From assembly GCA_022340485.1 (NCBI GenBank), contig JAJDNX010000129.1:1-61255 (forward strand): 61,255 nt of DNA, in the 5' to 3' direction. Below the pieces are notes generated by a model. That model ran no database searches, was not told the origin of the DNA, and saw only the letters and a program-made list of their open reading frames with translations. The DNA comes from Gammaproteobacteria bacterium. Its GTDB lineage: Bacteria > Pseudomonadota > Gammaproteobacteria > UBA9214. Numbering within the stretch: the first letter of the stretch is position 1; each line of letters starts with the position of its first letter. Made by a program: the position numbers and the translations under genes. This document shows, in pieces, positions 42,049-52,299 of this stretch.

Positions 42049-42915
42049 ATGAGCTGGTTTAGCAAACTCGTTCCCTCCAAGATCCGCACTGTCGGTGGCA
42101 ACAAACGTACCGTGCCCGAAGGGCTGTGGATAAAATGTGATGGTTGCAGTGCCGTATTGTATCGCTCTGAACTGGAGCGAAACCTCGATGTTTGCCCGAA
42201 ATGCAGTCATCACATGCGCATTGGTGCGCGCTTGCGGCTCGAGATGTTCCTCGACACCGACTCGGCACAGGAGCTTGATGCCAACCTAGAGCCGGTGGAT
42301 GCACTCAAATTCAAAGACAGCAAAAAATACCGGGATCGTCTGGCTGCCGCGCAAAAGGCTACCGACGAAAAGGATGCACTGGTGTCGATGCAGGGGACCT
42401 TGCAGGGGTTGCCCGTGGTCGCCGTGGCATTTGAATTCAGGTTCATGGGTGGATCAATGGGTGCCGTAGTCGGTGAGCGCTTTGTACGCGCCGCCAAACT
42501 GAGCCTTGATCGTGGCTGGCCGCTGGTCTGTTTTTCCGCCAGTGGCGGGGCGCGCATGCAGGAAGCCCTGTTTTCTCTGATGCAGATGGCCAAGACCAGT
42601 GCTGCACTGGCGAGGCTCGCGGAAGCAGGCATACCATACATCTCGGTGCTGACCGATCCTACCATGGGCGGGGTGTCTGCCAGCTTTGCCATGCTCGGGG
42701 ATATCAATATCGCCGAACCCCATGCCCTGATAGGCTTTGCCGGCCCACGTGTCATTGAGCAGACAGTCAGGGAAACCTTGCCGGAAGGTTTTCAACGCAG
42801 TGAATTTCTGCTTGAACACGGCGCCATCGACATGATTGTTGATCGCCGTGAAATGAGTGTAAAGATCGCCACTCTGCTGGCAATGCTGATGAAGCAGCAA
42901 ATTACCGGGACCTGA
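42049..42915 (+). CDS. accD: Acetyl-CoA carboxylase carboxyltransferase beta subunit
   Basis: Zinc ribbon [26 protein letters not shown]; FRFMGGSMG; [10 protein letters not shown]. Confidence 0.95.
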   Translation: MSWFSKLVPSKIRTVGGNKRTVPEGLWIKCDGCSAVLYRSELERNLDVCPKCSHHMRIGARLRLEMFLDTDSAQELDANLEPVDALKFKDSKKYRDRLAAAQKATDEKDALVSMQGTLQGLPVVAVAFEFRFMGGSMGAVVGERFVRAAKLSLDRGWPLVCFSASGGARMQEALFSLMQMAKTSAALARLAEAGIPYISVLTDPTMGGVSASFAMLGDINIAEPHALIGFAGPRVIEQTVRETLPEGFQRSEFLLEHGAIDMIVDRREMSVKIATLLAMLMKQQITGT

Positions 42916-42997
42916 TATCACAAGCCTGGATCGACCCGCCTGTCGCAACAGCCAGATGGACAGCCCTCCCGATCACCGTTCCCTCTATCAAGTATAG

Positions 42998-44263
42998 ATG
43001 ATTCACTGTAGCTCACTTGCCGACTGGCTTGACTGGCAGGAGACTCTGCACCCGAAAAAAATCGATCTCGGCCTTGAGCGTGTCTTGCAGGTTGCTGAAC
43101 GCATGCAGCTGCTGACACCACGCTACGGGATTGTCACGGTTGCAGGCACCAATGGCAAGGGCTCCAGTGTCGCCATGCTTGATGCCATCCTGTCGTCGGC
43201 CGGATACCGCACAGCCTGTTACAGCTCACCCCACCTCTTGCGTTACAACGAGCGCATTCGCATCGCAGGCAAGGAGGTCGATGATGAGGCACTGTGCAAG
43301 GCTTTCGAATGTGTGGAACAAGCCCGGGGGGACACCAGCCTTTCGTATTTTGAATTTGGTACCCTCGCGGCGCTCAGTCTCTTCCGTGCTGCATGTCCGG
43401 ATATTGCCTTACTGGAGGTGGGCATGGGCGGTAGACTGGATGCCGTCAATATCCTGGATGCTGATGCCGCACTGGTGACATCGATTGATATTGACCATAG
43501 CGCCTGGCTGGGCACGGATCGAGAGGCAATCGGCCGGGAAAAGGCCGGGATTTTCAGGAAAGGCCGCGCGGCTGTCTGTTCAGATCCCAATCCGCCTGCC
43601 AGTGTGCCCAGACAGGCACAGAGTCTGTCTGCCAGCTGGTATGCACCCGGATGTGGCTTTGAGTGGAACACAACTGAAACGGGCTGGAACTGGTACTCGG
43701 ATAAAAATGCCTACCAGGAACTTCCATTGCCGGCACTTCCCGGCGCTCATCAGGTGCAGAATGCAGCCGGAGTTCTCATGGTGCTGGAAACCCTGGCAGG
43801 GCGCTTCCCGGTCACAAGGTCGGCAATTGAGCAGGGGCTGGCTAGGGTGACACTGGCAGGACGTTGTCAGGTGTTGCCTGGTACCGTCGAGACCATTCTG
43901 GATGTCGCGCACAATCCCGATGCCGCGGAACAACTGGCTCTGATGTTACACAACCGCGTCATCCCGGGGCGGACCCGCGTAGTCCTGGGGATGCTTGCAG
44001 ACAAGGACGTTGCAGGCTTTGTTGCAATGCTGGCACCCGTTGTGAATGACTGGTACCTCGCAACACTTCCGGGTGAACGGGGCCTGTCGGCTGGAGACCT
44101 CGGACAACTCATCAAACGTCGTGATCCCACCGAAACGATACAATCTTTCCGGGACGTGGTGAGTGCATTTCAGCAGGCCCACGCCGATGCAAAAAGCGGC
44201 GATCGGGTGGTTGTCTGTGGTTCATTTCTAACCGTAGCGGAAGTACTGGCATGTCATGTATAG
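42998..44263 (+). CDS. folC: Bifunctional folylpolyglutamate synthase/dihydrofolate synthase
   Basis: VAGTNGKGS (P-loop), SPHLLRYNERI, LEVGMGGRLDA, DVAHNP. Confidence 0.9.
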   Translation: MIHCSSLADWLDWQETLHPKKIDLGLERVLQVAERMQLLTPRYGIVTVAGTNGKGSSVAMLDAILSSAGYRTACYSSPHLLRYNERIRIAGKEVDDEALCKAFECVEQARGDTSLSYFEFGTLAALSLFRAACPDIALLEVGMGGRLDAVNILDADAALVTSIDIDHSAWLGTDREAIGREKAGIFRKGRAAVCSDPNPPASVPRQAQSLSASWYAPGCGFEWNTTETGWNWYSDKNAYQELPLPALPGAHQVQNAAGVLMVLETLAGRFPVTRSAIEQGLARVTLAGRCQVLPGTVETILDVAHNPDAAEQLALMLHNRVIPGRTRVVLGMLADKDVAGFVAMLAPVVNDWYLATLPGERGLSAGDLGQLIKRRDPTETIQSFRDVVSAFQQAHADAKSGDRVVVCGSFLTVAEVLACHV

Positions 44264-44318
44264 TCGCCTGTGGCAGACTCGGCCGCCTGCGGACATCGCC
44301 TGATATCACGGAGTCATC

Positions 44319-44951
44319 ATGGATCAGAAACTGAAGCAGAGACTGACCGGTGCAATTGTCCTGGTTGCGCTGGCTGTTATTTTTGTACCGATCATTCTTG
44401 AAGGTCCGGATAATGAATGGACCCCGCGCAGTCACAGTATTCCGGAACAGCCGCAGATGGATTACCGGGCAAGCATGGAACTCGAGTTACCGGAGCCATT
44501 GTCGAGCAAGGCGGAGCCTTCAGAAAGCGTGATCACCGAGGCATTGAGTCTGCAGGAAGAGACTGCACCGGCGCATGAGCCGCCGGCAGCTGAAGAAAAA
44601 ACCGCGCCAGTAGCCCAGAAACCGGTAGAACCGGTGGTAACTGCACCACCCCCTCCCAAGGCGGCTCCGGCAGCACCCCCGCCAGCAAAAACCGAAAAAC
44701 CCGCTGAGCCCGCTCTCCAGGGCTGGTTTGTGCAGGTTGGTAGCTTTGGACAGGAATTGAATGCCACTGGCCTGCGTGAACGGCTCAAATCAGCCGGATA
44801 TGACACCCGACTGCAAAAAGTCGCGATCGGAAAAGGGTATGCCTACCGGGTGCTGGTCGGACCCTCCACTTCAAGAGCTGCCGCAGAAAAGCTAGCCGCC
44901 AGTCTAAAAGCCGGCCAGCAACTGTCCGGGATGGTCATCCAGTATCCCTGA
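44319..44951 (+). CDS. SPOR-domain cell-division protein (DedD-like)
   Basis: N-terminal TM (LTGAIVLVALAVIFVPIIL), a Pro/Ala-rich linker, and a C-terminal SPOR domain (GWFVQVGSFGQELNATGLRERLKSAGY...YRVLVGP). The folC-dedD-cvpA-purF synteny fits. Confidence 0.75.
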   Translation: MDQKLKQRLTGAIVLVALAVIFVPIILEGPDNEWTPRSHSIPEQPQMDYRASMELELPEPLSSKAEPSESVITEALSLQEETAPAHEPPAAEEKTAPVAQKPVEPVVTAPPPPKAAPAAPPPAKTEKPAEPALQGWFVQVGSFGQELNATGLRERLKSAGYDTRLQKVAIGKGYAYRVLVGPSTSRAAAEKLAASLKAGQQLSGMVIQYP

Positions 44952-45072
44952 CGAACGCTGTAATTGTGAGTCTCGTAGCCGATCGCGTCGCAGTTCTGTT
45001 AAAATGCTCTGCATGCCAACCCGTTGAATTCCCACTGACCGGGAAATCCCGGTCCTAAACTCAGAGGTACTT

Positions 45073-45570
45073 ATGGCATTTGCCTGGATTGATGTGGTGA
45101 TACTCGCGTTGATTGCGTTGTCTGCGATTCTGAGCTTGTTCCGGGGCTTCGTAAGGGAAGCTGTCGCCCTGGCAACCTGGCTGATCGCGTTGTGGGTGGC
45201 AATGGCATTTTACGAAGACCTGGCGACCATGCTGGCACAATGGATCTCGGTTCCCTCTGCGCAAAAGATTACCGCCTTCGCGATTCTGTTTATCTGTGTG
45301 TTGCTACTCGGCGCCATCATTAACTTTCTTGCCGGAAAACTCGTTGACAAGACCGGCCTGACCGGCACTGACAAATTGCTCGGTATCGTATTTGGTGTTG
45401 CCAGAGGAGGGGTTATCGTCGCCATACTTGTGTTGCTTGCCGGCCTCACACCACTTCCCCAGGATCCCTGGTGGCAGGATTCGCAATTAATAGGCTATTT
45501 TCAGGAGCTGGCCCTGTGGTTGCGCAACTACCTGCCAAGTGAAATTGCTGACAACATCAACTATGCCTAG
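45073..45570 (+). CDS. cvpA: Colicin V production protein CvpA family membrane protein
   Basis: MAFAWIDVVILALIALSAILSLFRGFVREA... with 4 TM helices. It lies upstream of purF. Confidence 0.85.
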   Translation: MAFAWIDVVILALIALSAILSLFRGFVREAVALATWLIALWVAMAFYEDLATMLAQWISVPSAQKITAFAILFICVLLLGAIINFLAGKLVDKTGLTGTDKLLGIVFGVARGGVIVAILVLLAGLTPLPQDPWWQDSQLIGYFQELALWLRNYLPSEIADNINYA

Positions 45571-45604
45571 CAAAATCCTGCGCATGCTTTATTGAGGATC
45601 GTCT

Positions 45605-47116
45605 ATGTGCGGGATCATTGGTATGGTTGCCCACAGTCCGGTAAATCAGGCGATTTATGACGGGCTGACAGTACTGCAACACCGTGGGCAGGATGCCGCG
45701 GGTATCATTAGCTGTGAAGATGGACGTCTGCACTTGCGCAAAGACAATGGCCTAGTGCGTGATGTCTTCCATACCCGCCACATGATGCGCCTGCCCGGGA
45801 ATATGGGCATCGGCCATGTCCGTTATCCGACGGCAGGCTGTGAAAGCTCTGCTGAAGCCCAACCGTTTTACGTCAATTCCCCCTACGGCATCAGCCTGGC
45901 GCACAATGGCAATCTAACCAATTCCAACAAACTGAAACAGGAATTGTTTCGGGAAGACCTGCGCCAGATCAACACCGACTCGGATTCGGAAGTCTTGCTG
46001 AACGTGCTTGCACATGAACTGCAGCAGCATGCCAAGCTGACGATGGAGGTCGAGGACGTGTTCAAGGCGGTCGCAGGAGTCCACCGGCGTTGCCGTGGGG
46101 CGTATGCAGCGGTTGCCATGATTACTGGCTATGGCGTGGTTGCCTTCCGTGATCCCTTCGGCATTCGTCCACTGGTATACGGCAAGCATGAATCCTCCAA
46201 AGGCACCGATTACATGATGGCTTCGGAGAGCGTCGCCCTTGATGTGCTTGGTTACGAACTAATCCGCGACGTCGCACCCGGAGAAGCGGTGTTAATCACC
46301 CTGGATGGCCGGATATACACCCAGCAGTGTGCAGACAACCCATCGCTAACACCCTGTATCTTTGAGTATGTCTATCTGGCAAGGCCAGACTCGATCATCG
46401 ATAACGTGTCGGTGTACAAGGCACGCTTGAGAATGGGGGACAAGCTCGCCGACAAATTGCGCAGGATACGCCCTGACCATGACATCGATGTCGTCATCCC
46501 GATACCCGATACCAGTCGTACCTCTGCAATGCAGCTGGCGAACAACCTTGGAATCAAGTACCGCGAGGGATTTATCAAGAATCGCTACATCGGCCGGACA
46601 TTTATCATGCCGGGCCAACAACAGCGTAAAAAATCGGTACGTCAGAAACTGAACGCCATAGAACTTGAATTCAGGGGCAAAAATGTTCTGCTGGTGGATG
46701 ATTCGATTGTGCGGGGAACCACCTCTTCACAGATTATCGACATGGCACGCGAGGCAGGCGCGAACAAGGTATATTTTGCATCTGCTTCACCCCCTGTCCG
46801 TTATCCGAACGTCTATGGCATTGATATGCCTGCCAGCAACGAACTGATCGCCCATGGCCGCACCGAAGAACAGATTGGCAGGGAGATTGGCGCGGACTGG
46901 TTGTTGTTTCAGGATCTGGAGGATTTGATTTACGCGGTCAAAAAGGGAAGTCCGGGTATCAAGGGCTTCGATGACTCGGTATTTACCGGGGAATACGTCA
47001 CCGGCGATATCGATATCAGTTACCTTGACGACCTGCAGTCTATTCGAAGTGATGCCGCCAAGAAGAAACGCCGTGCAAACGAAGACGAAGTGATAGACCT
47101 GCACAATTCCGCCTGA
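45605..47116 (+). CDS. purF: Amidophosphoribosyltransferase
   Basis: MCGIIG (N-terminal nucleophile Cys), [10 protein letters not shown], and the PRPP loop [13 protein letters not shown]. Confidence 0.95.
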   Translation: MCGIIGMVAHSPVNQAIYDGLTVLQHRGQDAAGIISCEDGRLHLRKDNGLVRDVFHTRHMMRLPGNMGIGHVRYPTAGCESSAEAQPFYVNSPYGISLAHNGNLTNSNKLKQELFREDLRQINTDSDSEVLLNVLAHELQQHAKLTMEVEDVFKAVAGVHRRCRGAYAAVAMITGYGVVAFRDPFGIRPLVYGKHESSKGTDYMMASESVALDVLGYELIRDVAPGEAVLITLDGRIYTQQCADNPSLTPCIFEYVYLARPDSIIDNVSVYKARLRMGDKLADKLRRIRPDHDIDVVIPIPDTSRTSAMQLANNLGIKYREGFIKNRYIGRTFIMPGQQQRKKSVRQKLNAIELEFRGKNVLLVDDSIVRGTTSSQIIDMAREAGANKVYFASASPPVRYPNVYGIDMPASNELIAHGRTEEQIGREIGADWLLFQDLEDLIYAVKKGSPGIKGFDDSVFTGEYVTGDIDISYLDDLQSIRSDAAKKKRRANEDEVIDLHNSA

Positions 47117-47173
47117 AGACGGCTGATCATGTATTGACTGTGTATCGACCCTCGTCTAGCCTCATTGCAGATT

Positions 47174-47221
47174 GCGCCGATTTGATATCCGCTTGCGGGC
47201 GCCTGATAAAGCAGCTAAGCG
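47174..47221 (+). promoter_or_regulatory. Candidate SAM-II/SAM-V-like H-type pseudoknot riboswitch in the metZ leader
   Basis: P1 is GCGCC (47174-78) paired with GGCGC (47198-202). The loop holds the U-rich GAUUUGAUAU plus CGCUU (47190-94), which pairs with the 3' tail AAGCG (47217-21). The tail reads UAAAGCAGCUAAGCG, which resembles the AAAGCnGCUAAA string I recall from SAM-II. The element sits between a weak promoter (TTGACT 47134-39, 17-nt spacer, TAGCCT) and a terminator. Confidence 0.35.
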
Positions 47222-47228
47222 ACGGCAC

Positions 47229-47260
47229 CTGCTTTCGCTGGTCAGAAAGCGGGTTTTTTT
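47229..47260 (+). terminator. Intrinsic terminator: either the purF terminator or the expression platform of the metZ leader
   Basis: CTGCTTTC-gctggtca-GAAAGCGG (8-bp stem with one G-U), followed by GTTTTTTT. It ends about 33 nt before the metZ ATG. Confidence 0.7.
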
Positions 47261-47293
47261 ATGCCCGGATACTACTCGTCACGGGAGGGCACC

Positions 47294-48484
47294 ATGCCAG
47301 ACTATGAAGAATTCGAGATCGCAACACGGGCAGTTCGCGTAGGGCAGCACCGCACGGCGGAAGGAGAACATTCCGAAACAATCTTTCCGACCTCCAGCTA
47401 TGTATTCGCCAGCGCCGCCCAAGCCGCCGCACGGTTTTCCGGTGACCAGCCGGGCAATATTTATTCACGTTTTACCAACCCGACCGTCAGGACATTCGAA
47501 GAACGGCTAGCCTCTCTGGAAGGTGCCGAGCGTTGTGTTGCAACGGCATCCGGTATGTCCGCCATCCTCGCAACCTGTGCCGGATTACTGAAGGCAGGTG
47601 ACCATATCGTCTCCTCACGCAGCATCTTCGGTACCACGACCGTGCTGTTCAGCACCTACCTGCCGCGCTTCGGGATCGAGACAACCTTTGTACCGGTAGC
47701 GAATACAGAGGCCTGGGAGGCGGCGATTCGTCCGAACACCCGCCTGCTGTTTCTGGAGACGCCTTCCAACCCGCTAACCGAAATCGCTGACATCCAACAA
47801 CTCTCCGCGCTGGCAAGATCGAAAGATTGTGTACTGGTTGTCGACAACTGTTTTTGTACGCCGGTACTGCAGCAACCACTGGCACTTGGTGCAGATATCG
47901 TGATTCACTCGGCAACCAAGTATCTAGACGGCCAGGGGCGCTGTATCGGTGGTGCGGTAGCCGGTGACAATGAGCGGGTCGGCAAGGAGGTCTATGGCTT
48001 CCTGCGCACGGCCGGGCCGACCATGAGCCCGTTCAATGCCTGGGTATTTCTCAAGGGACTGGAAACCTTGCCCATCAGGATGCAGGCACACTGCAGTAGT
48101 GCACTGCAGCTTGCGCAGTGGCTGGAAAAACAACCGTTGGTTACCCGGGTGTACCACCCGGGGCTAGCATCGCACCCGCAGCATGACCTCGCGAGTCGCC
48201 AGCAGACTGGCTTCGGAGGCATTGTATCCTTCGAATTGCAGGGTGGACAGCAGCAGGCCTGGAAATTCATTGATTCACTGCGTATTTTCTCCATCACGGC
48301 AAACCTGGGGGATGCCAAGAGCACGGTCACACACCCGGCGACGACCACACATGGACGTCTTAGCCCCGAGCAACGGGCAGACACGGGTATAACCGATGGC
48401 CTGGTCCGTCTGGCAGTGGGACTGGAAGGCGTCAGCGACCTGCAAACCGACCTGGCAAGGGGGCTGGCGGCACTGGCAGCCTGA
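47294..48484 (+). CDS. metZ: O-succinylhomoserine sulfhydrylase (PLP-dependent Cys/Met metabolism family)
   Basis: TRAVRVGQHRT, IFPTSSYVF, and the PLP-Lys motif HSATKYLDGQGR. The start was moved to the ATG at 47294 (GGGAGG upstream), because the ATG at 47261 abuts the terminator T-tract. Confidence 0.9.
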   Translation: MPDYEEFEIATRAVRVGQHRTAEGEHSETIFPTSSYVFASAAQAAARFSGDQPGNIYSRFTNPTVRTFEERLASLEGAERCVATASGMSAILATCAGLLKAGDHIVSSRSIFGTTTVLFSTYLPRFGIETTFVPVANTEAWEAAIRPNTRLLFLETPSNPLTEIADIQQLSALARSKDCVLVVDNCFCTPVLQQPLALGADIVIHSATKYLDGQGRCIGGAVAGDNERVGKEVYGFLRTAGPTMSPFNAWVFLKGLETLPIRMQAHCSSALQLAQWLEKQPLVTRVYHPGLASHPQHDLASRQQTGFGGIVSFELQGGQQQAWKFIDSLRIFSITANLGDAKSTVTHPATTTHGRLSPEQRADTGITDGLVRLAVGLEGVSDLQTDLARGLAALAA

Positions 48485-48619
48485 GGCTTGCGTCACGGAG
48501 GGGCGTGTAGACAGGTAAAGGGTGCAGGCATTGCGGATATCCGTACATCACATGGACATGGTGATTGCATACAAAGGTTATTGCCTACCAGACGCACTGG
48601 ATAGGGCAGGGGATATTTC

Positions 48620-49369
48620 ATGAGGAAAGGAACGAACAACCGAAAGCGAAGTGCCTTGCTGGCCATCCTGTCGATCATCCCGCTGGGAACGGTATGCAGC
48701 CAGTCAGCGACATCGCCAGTGGTGCAGACTGAGAATATAACAAACGTCAGTGTCATCCTGTTTGCAGAGCAAGAGGCCGGGATCGATCCATATCCCGTTA
48801 GGCTCTTGACGAGTCCGGATTATGTTCGAATCGATGATGGCTATGATGAAAGTGACTATGTGCTGTTTGATCGTCGCACACACACCGTGTTCAGCGTGTC
48901 GCATGACGAACACAGTATATTGGAAATCAGGAATCATCCGTTCAGCGGTCCCTTGCCCTCGGATTTAAGCCTGACCGAGATACCTATCGTGGACAAGGAA
49001 GCCCCAACCATTGCCGGTAAACAACCTCAGCAGTTTGAATACCTTGCAAATGGAAACACCTGCTACCAGAGCATTTCTGTTAGCGGGCTGCTGGACGAGG
49101 CGGTTGCCGGGATGGCCGAGTATGCAGTGGCACTGGGTGAACGGCAGCTGAATAACATGCAGTCCGTACCAGAAACGATGCGCACACCCTGCTTCCTGTC
49201 ACGCTATGTGTATGCGCCGGGACGACATTACACCCATGGACTGCCCGTTCAGGTATGGGACGATTCAGGATACAACAGATCATTAACTGATTTTCGCACT
49301 GGCGAGACGGTCAGGGCAGCGCTGTTCAGCATACCGGACAACTATGAAAGGATGCTGTTGGGTGAGTAA
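48620..49369 (+). CDS. Hypothetical exported protein (249 aa)
   Basis: N-terminal signal sequence MRKGTNNRKRSALLAILSIIPLGTVCSQS (possibly a lipoprotein Cys). I recognise no family. Confidence 0.6.
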   Translation: MRKGTNNRKRSALLAILSIIPLGTVCSQSATSPVVQTENITNVSVILFAEQEAGIDPYPVRLLTSPDYVRIDDGYDESDYVLFDRRTHTVFSVSHDEHSILEIRNHPFSGPLPSDLSLTEIPIVDKEAPTIAGKQPQQFEYLANGNTCYQSISVSGLLDEAVAGMAEYAVALGERQLNNMQSVPETMRTPCFLSRYVYAPGRHYTHGLPVQVWDDSGYNRSLTDFRTGETVRAALFSIPDNYERMLLGE

Positions 49370-49373
49370 CTGC

Positions 49374-50111
49374 CTAGCTTGCATCCCCTGCAGAAAGCTC
49401 CTGTAATTCACAACCGTCAGGAGAGCACACCAGAACACTGCCCTGTTCGTACCAGTCCCCGAGTACAATCCGCTGTGCCGGACGACCGGATACCTGCAGG
49501 GCATGGATTGCTGGACGATGTGTATGCCCATGAATCAGGTGCTGAACATTATTCTCCGTCATCACACGGACAACGGTATCTTTATTTACGTCCATAATTG
49601 ATTCGGCTTTGCCACTGGTTTGTTCGCGGCTGCTGGCGCGCATTGCCTGTGCCATTTGTCGACGCTCATCGAGCGTCTTGGACAGCAACGCTTGCTGCCA
49701 GTGGGGATTGCGCACCTTCTCACGAAAGGCCATATATTCAGTGTCGTCGGTACACAGCAAGTCACCGTGCATCAACAGGGTAGGGGTGCCATAGAGATCG
49801 ATGCATGCGGGATCATCCAGCAGGGTACAGCAACAGCGCTCTGCAAAAGACGGACCCAGCAGAAAATCACGGTTACCGTGCATGATATAAACTGCTGTGC
49901 CGGCCAGAGCACATGACTTCAAGCCGTTACACACGACTTGACTCAAAGGGCTGTTGTCATCATCCCCGATCCAGGCTTCAAACAGATCACCGAGTATGTA
50001 CAGCGCATGGGAACTGGTCGCGCGATTGGCTAGAAAATCAAGAAACAGGGCAGTGATTGCCGGACGCCCGGGATCCAGGTGTAAATCCGAGATAAACAGG
50101 GTGTCCGGCAT
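49374..50111 (-). CDS. lpxH: UDP-2,3-diacylglucosamine diphosphatase
   Basis: LFISDLHLD, ILGDLFEAWIGDD, HGNRDFL, IHGHTHRP (calcineurin-like metallophosphatase motifs in the LpxH arrangement). Confidence 0.9.
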   Translation of the reverse strand: MPDTLFISDLHLDPGRPAITALFLDFLANRATSSHALYILGDLFEAWIGDDDNSPLSQVVCNGLKSCALAGTAVYIMHGNRDFLLGPSFAERCCCTLLDDPACIDLYGTPTLLMHGDLLCTDDTEYMAFREKVRNPHWQQALLSKTLDERRQMAQAMRASSREQTSGKAESIMDVNKDTVVRVMTENNVQHLIHGHTHRPAIHALQVSGRPAQRIVLGDWYEQGSVLVCSPDGCELQELSAGDAS

Positions 50112-50132
50112 ATCGTCAGGGGTAACGTTGCG

Positions 50133-50732
50133 TTACTCCACGACCGTCACTTTCTGAATAACAACTTCCTCTAGGGGAACATTCTGGTGCCCGGATCGAT
50201 TGCCGGTCTGAACCTTTTCAATGGCCTCCACAACATCCATACCGTCAGTCACTCTGCCAAATACTGCATAGCCCCAGCCCTGTGCGGTGGGTGATTTGTA
50301 ATCCAGAAACCCATTGTCTGTCACGTTGATAAAAAATTGCGAGGTGGCGGAATTCGGGTCACTGGTGCGTGCCATTGCCACAGTGCCCTTGGTGTTTTTC
50401 AAGCCGTTATCTGCCTCGATCTTGATGGGCGGATTGGTAGGCTTTTGTTTCATGTCATTGTCAAAACCACCTCCCTGGATCATGAAACCTGGAATGACTC
50501 GATGGAATACGGTGCCATCATAGTGTCCGGCCTCTGCGTATTTTATGAAGTTTTCGACAGTAACTGGAGCTTTCTGACGGTCCAGCTCCATTGTAATGAC
50601 ACCCTTGCTCGTTTCCATGGTGACTTTTACCATAGCTGCTCCTTTCGCGTTGGATTGATTTGCCTCGGAATAGCCGGTTAATGGTAGCAAACCGACAACG
50701 GCGGCCAGCATCAGGCCGAGTAACTGTTTCAT
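50133..50732 (-). CDS. ppiA: Periplasmic cyclophilin-type peptidyl-prolyl isomerase
   Basis: Signal peptide; FHRVIPGFMIQGGG, MARTSDPNSATSQFFIN, GYAVFGRV. Confidence 0.9.
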   Translation of the reverse strand: MKQLLGLMLAAVVGLLPLTGYSEANQSNAKGAAMVKVTMETSKGVITMELDRQKAPVTVENFIKYAEAGHYDGTVFHRVIPGFMIQGGGFDNDMKQKPTNPPIKIEADNGLKNTKGTVAMARTSDPNSATSQFFINVTDNGFLDYKSPTAQGWGYAVFGRVTDGMDVVEAIEKVQTGNRSGHQNVPLEEVVIQKVTVVE

Positions 50733-50890
50733 TTATGGCTCCCGTGATGTTACTGGTGCGCCAATGATATAAGCTCTGGAGTTGTTTACAAGCCCCGTGG
50801 CGGATAGGGGTGGATTTTGAAGCTACAATGGCTTTCCGTTACCATCCTCCCGCGAAACTGTTTCGACAGACCAGGAATCTACCCGCTTCG

Positions 50891-52291
50891 ATGTTAACCA
50901 TCTATAACTCACTGACCAGTCAAAAAGACCCCTTTGTTCCGATGGAAGCCGGCAAGGTGCGCATGTATGTCTGTGGCATGACGGTCTATGACTATTGCCA
51001 CCTGGGGCACGCGCGCGTCATGGTGGTGTTCGATGTCGTCGTTCGCTACTTGCGTAGTCGCGGCTACCAGGTGACCTATGTACGCAACATTACCGATGTC
51101 GATGACAAGATTATCAAAAGGGCAGCAGAGAATGGTGAGGATATTCATACGCTCACGGAACGCTTCATCCGGATCATGAACGAAGATGCCGCTGCCCTGG
51201 GTGTACAACCCCCCGATATCGAGCCACGGGCAACGTCCTCGATGGACGCAATTATTGCCATGATCGAAAAACTGGTCGAGAAACACCATGCCTACCAGGG
51301 CGGCAATGGTGATGTCTACTATGATGTCAGCAGCTTCGAGAACTACGGAGCGCTCTCCGGCAAGAACCTGGAAGACCTGCAGGCCGGTGCACGGGTGGCC
51401 GTAGACGAATCCAAGGAGGATCCCCTGGACTTTGTACTCTGGAAAGTTGCCAAACCGGACGAGCCAAGCTGGCCCTCACCCTGGGGCAACGGGCGACCTG
51501 GCTGGCACATAGAATGTTCGGCCATGTCAACCCGTTGCCTGGGTGCACATTTTGATATTCATGGTGGAGGCATGGATCTGAAGTTTCCTCACCATGAGAA
51601 CGAAATCGCACAGGCGGAAGCAGCGACCGGAGAGCCTTTCGTGAATTACTGGATGCACAATGGCTTCGTCAGGGTCGATGACGAGAAGATGTCAAAATCG
51701 CTGGGGAATTTTTTTACTGTCCGTGAAATACTCAAATCCTACCGGGCAGAAGAAATCCGTTATTTTATCCTGGCCAGCCACTATCGCAGTCCCCTGAATT
51801 ATTCGCAGGAGAACCTTGAAAACAGCAAATCGGCCCTGACACGTTTGTACACCACTCTGCGGGGGCTGACACCGGTCGATTCCGCGGATGATACCTGTGA
51901 ACGTTTTAATGCCAGCTTTTACCGGGCCATGGATGACGACTTCAATACGCCTGAGGCAATTGCTGTCATGTTTGATCTGGCTCGTGAAATCAACAAGCAC
52001 AAGCAGCAACCGGAAACAGCGAATCGGCTGGCAGCCTGTTTAGTCAGGCTTGGCGGTATTCTCGGCTTGTTGCAGGTAAATCCGGACGTCTATTTGCGGG
52101 ATACTGCGCCTGGACAGGATGACACTACAGGCGCCTTATCCAGCGAGGCTGTGGAAGACCTGATTGCCCGTCGTCTCAAGGCACGCAATGAAAAACACTG
52201 GCAGGAGGCAGACCGGATACGTGATGAACTCGAAGCCGCCGGCATTATTCTCGAGGATGGTGCCTCGGGCACACGCTGGCGCCGCAGCTAG
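50891..52291 (+). CDS. cysS: Cysteine--tRNA ligase
   Basis: MLTIYNSLT..., [18 protein letters not shown] (HIGH), KMSKSLGN (KMSKS). The start was trimmed to the ATG at 50891. Confidence 0.95.
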   Translation: MLTIYNSLTSQKDPFVPMEAGKVRMYVCGMTVYDYCHLGHARVMVVFDVVVRYLRSRGYQVTYVRNITDVDDKIIKRAAENGEDIHTLTERFIRIMNEDAAALGVQPPDIEPRATSSMDAIIAMIEKLVEKHHAYQGGNGDVYYDVSSFENYGALSGKNLEDLQAGARVAVDESKEDPLDFVLWKVAKPDEPSWPSPWGNGRPGWHIECSAMSTRCLGAHFDIHGGGMDLKFPHHENEIAQAEAATGEPFVNYWMHNGFVRVDDEKMSKSLGNFFTVREILKSYRAEEIRYFILASHYRSPLNYSQENLENSKSALTRLYTTLRGLTPVDSADDTCERFNASFYRAMDDDFNTPEAIAVMFDLAREINKHKQQPETANRLAACLVRLGGILGLLQVNPDVYLRDTAPGQDDTTGALSSEAVEDLIARRLKARNEKHWQEADRIRDELEAAGIILEDGASGTRWRRS

Positions 52292-52299
52292 GCACTGCG

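Noticed and set aside
42210-42948. 181-aa and 164-aa minus-strand ORFs
   Set aside because: They are antisense to accD.
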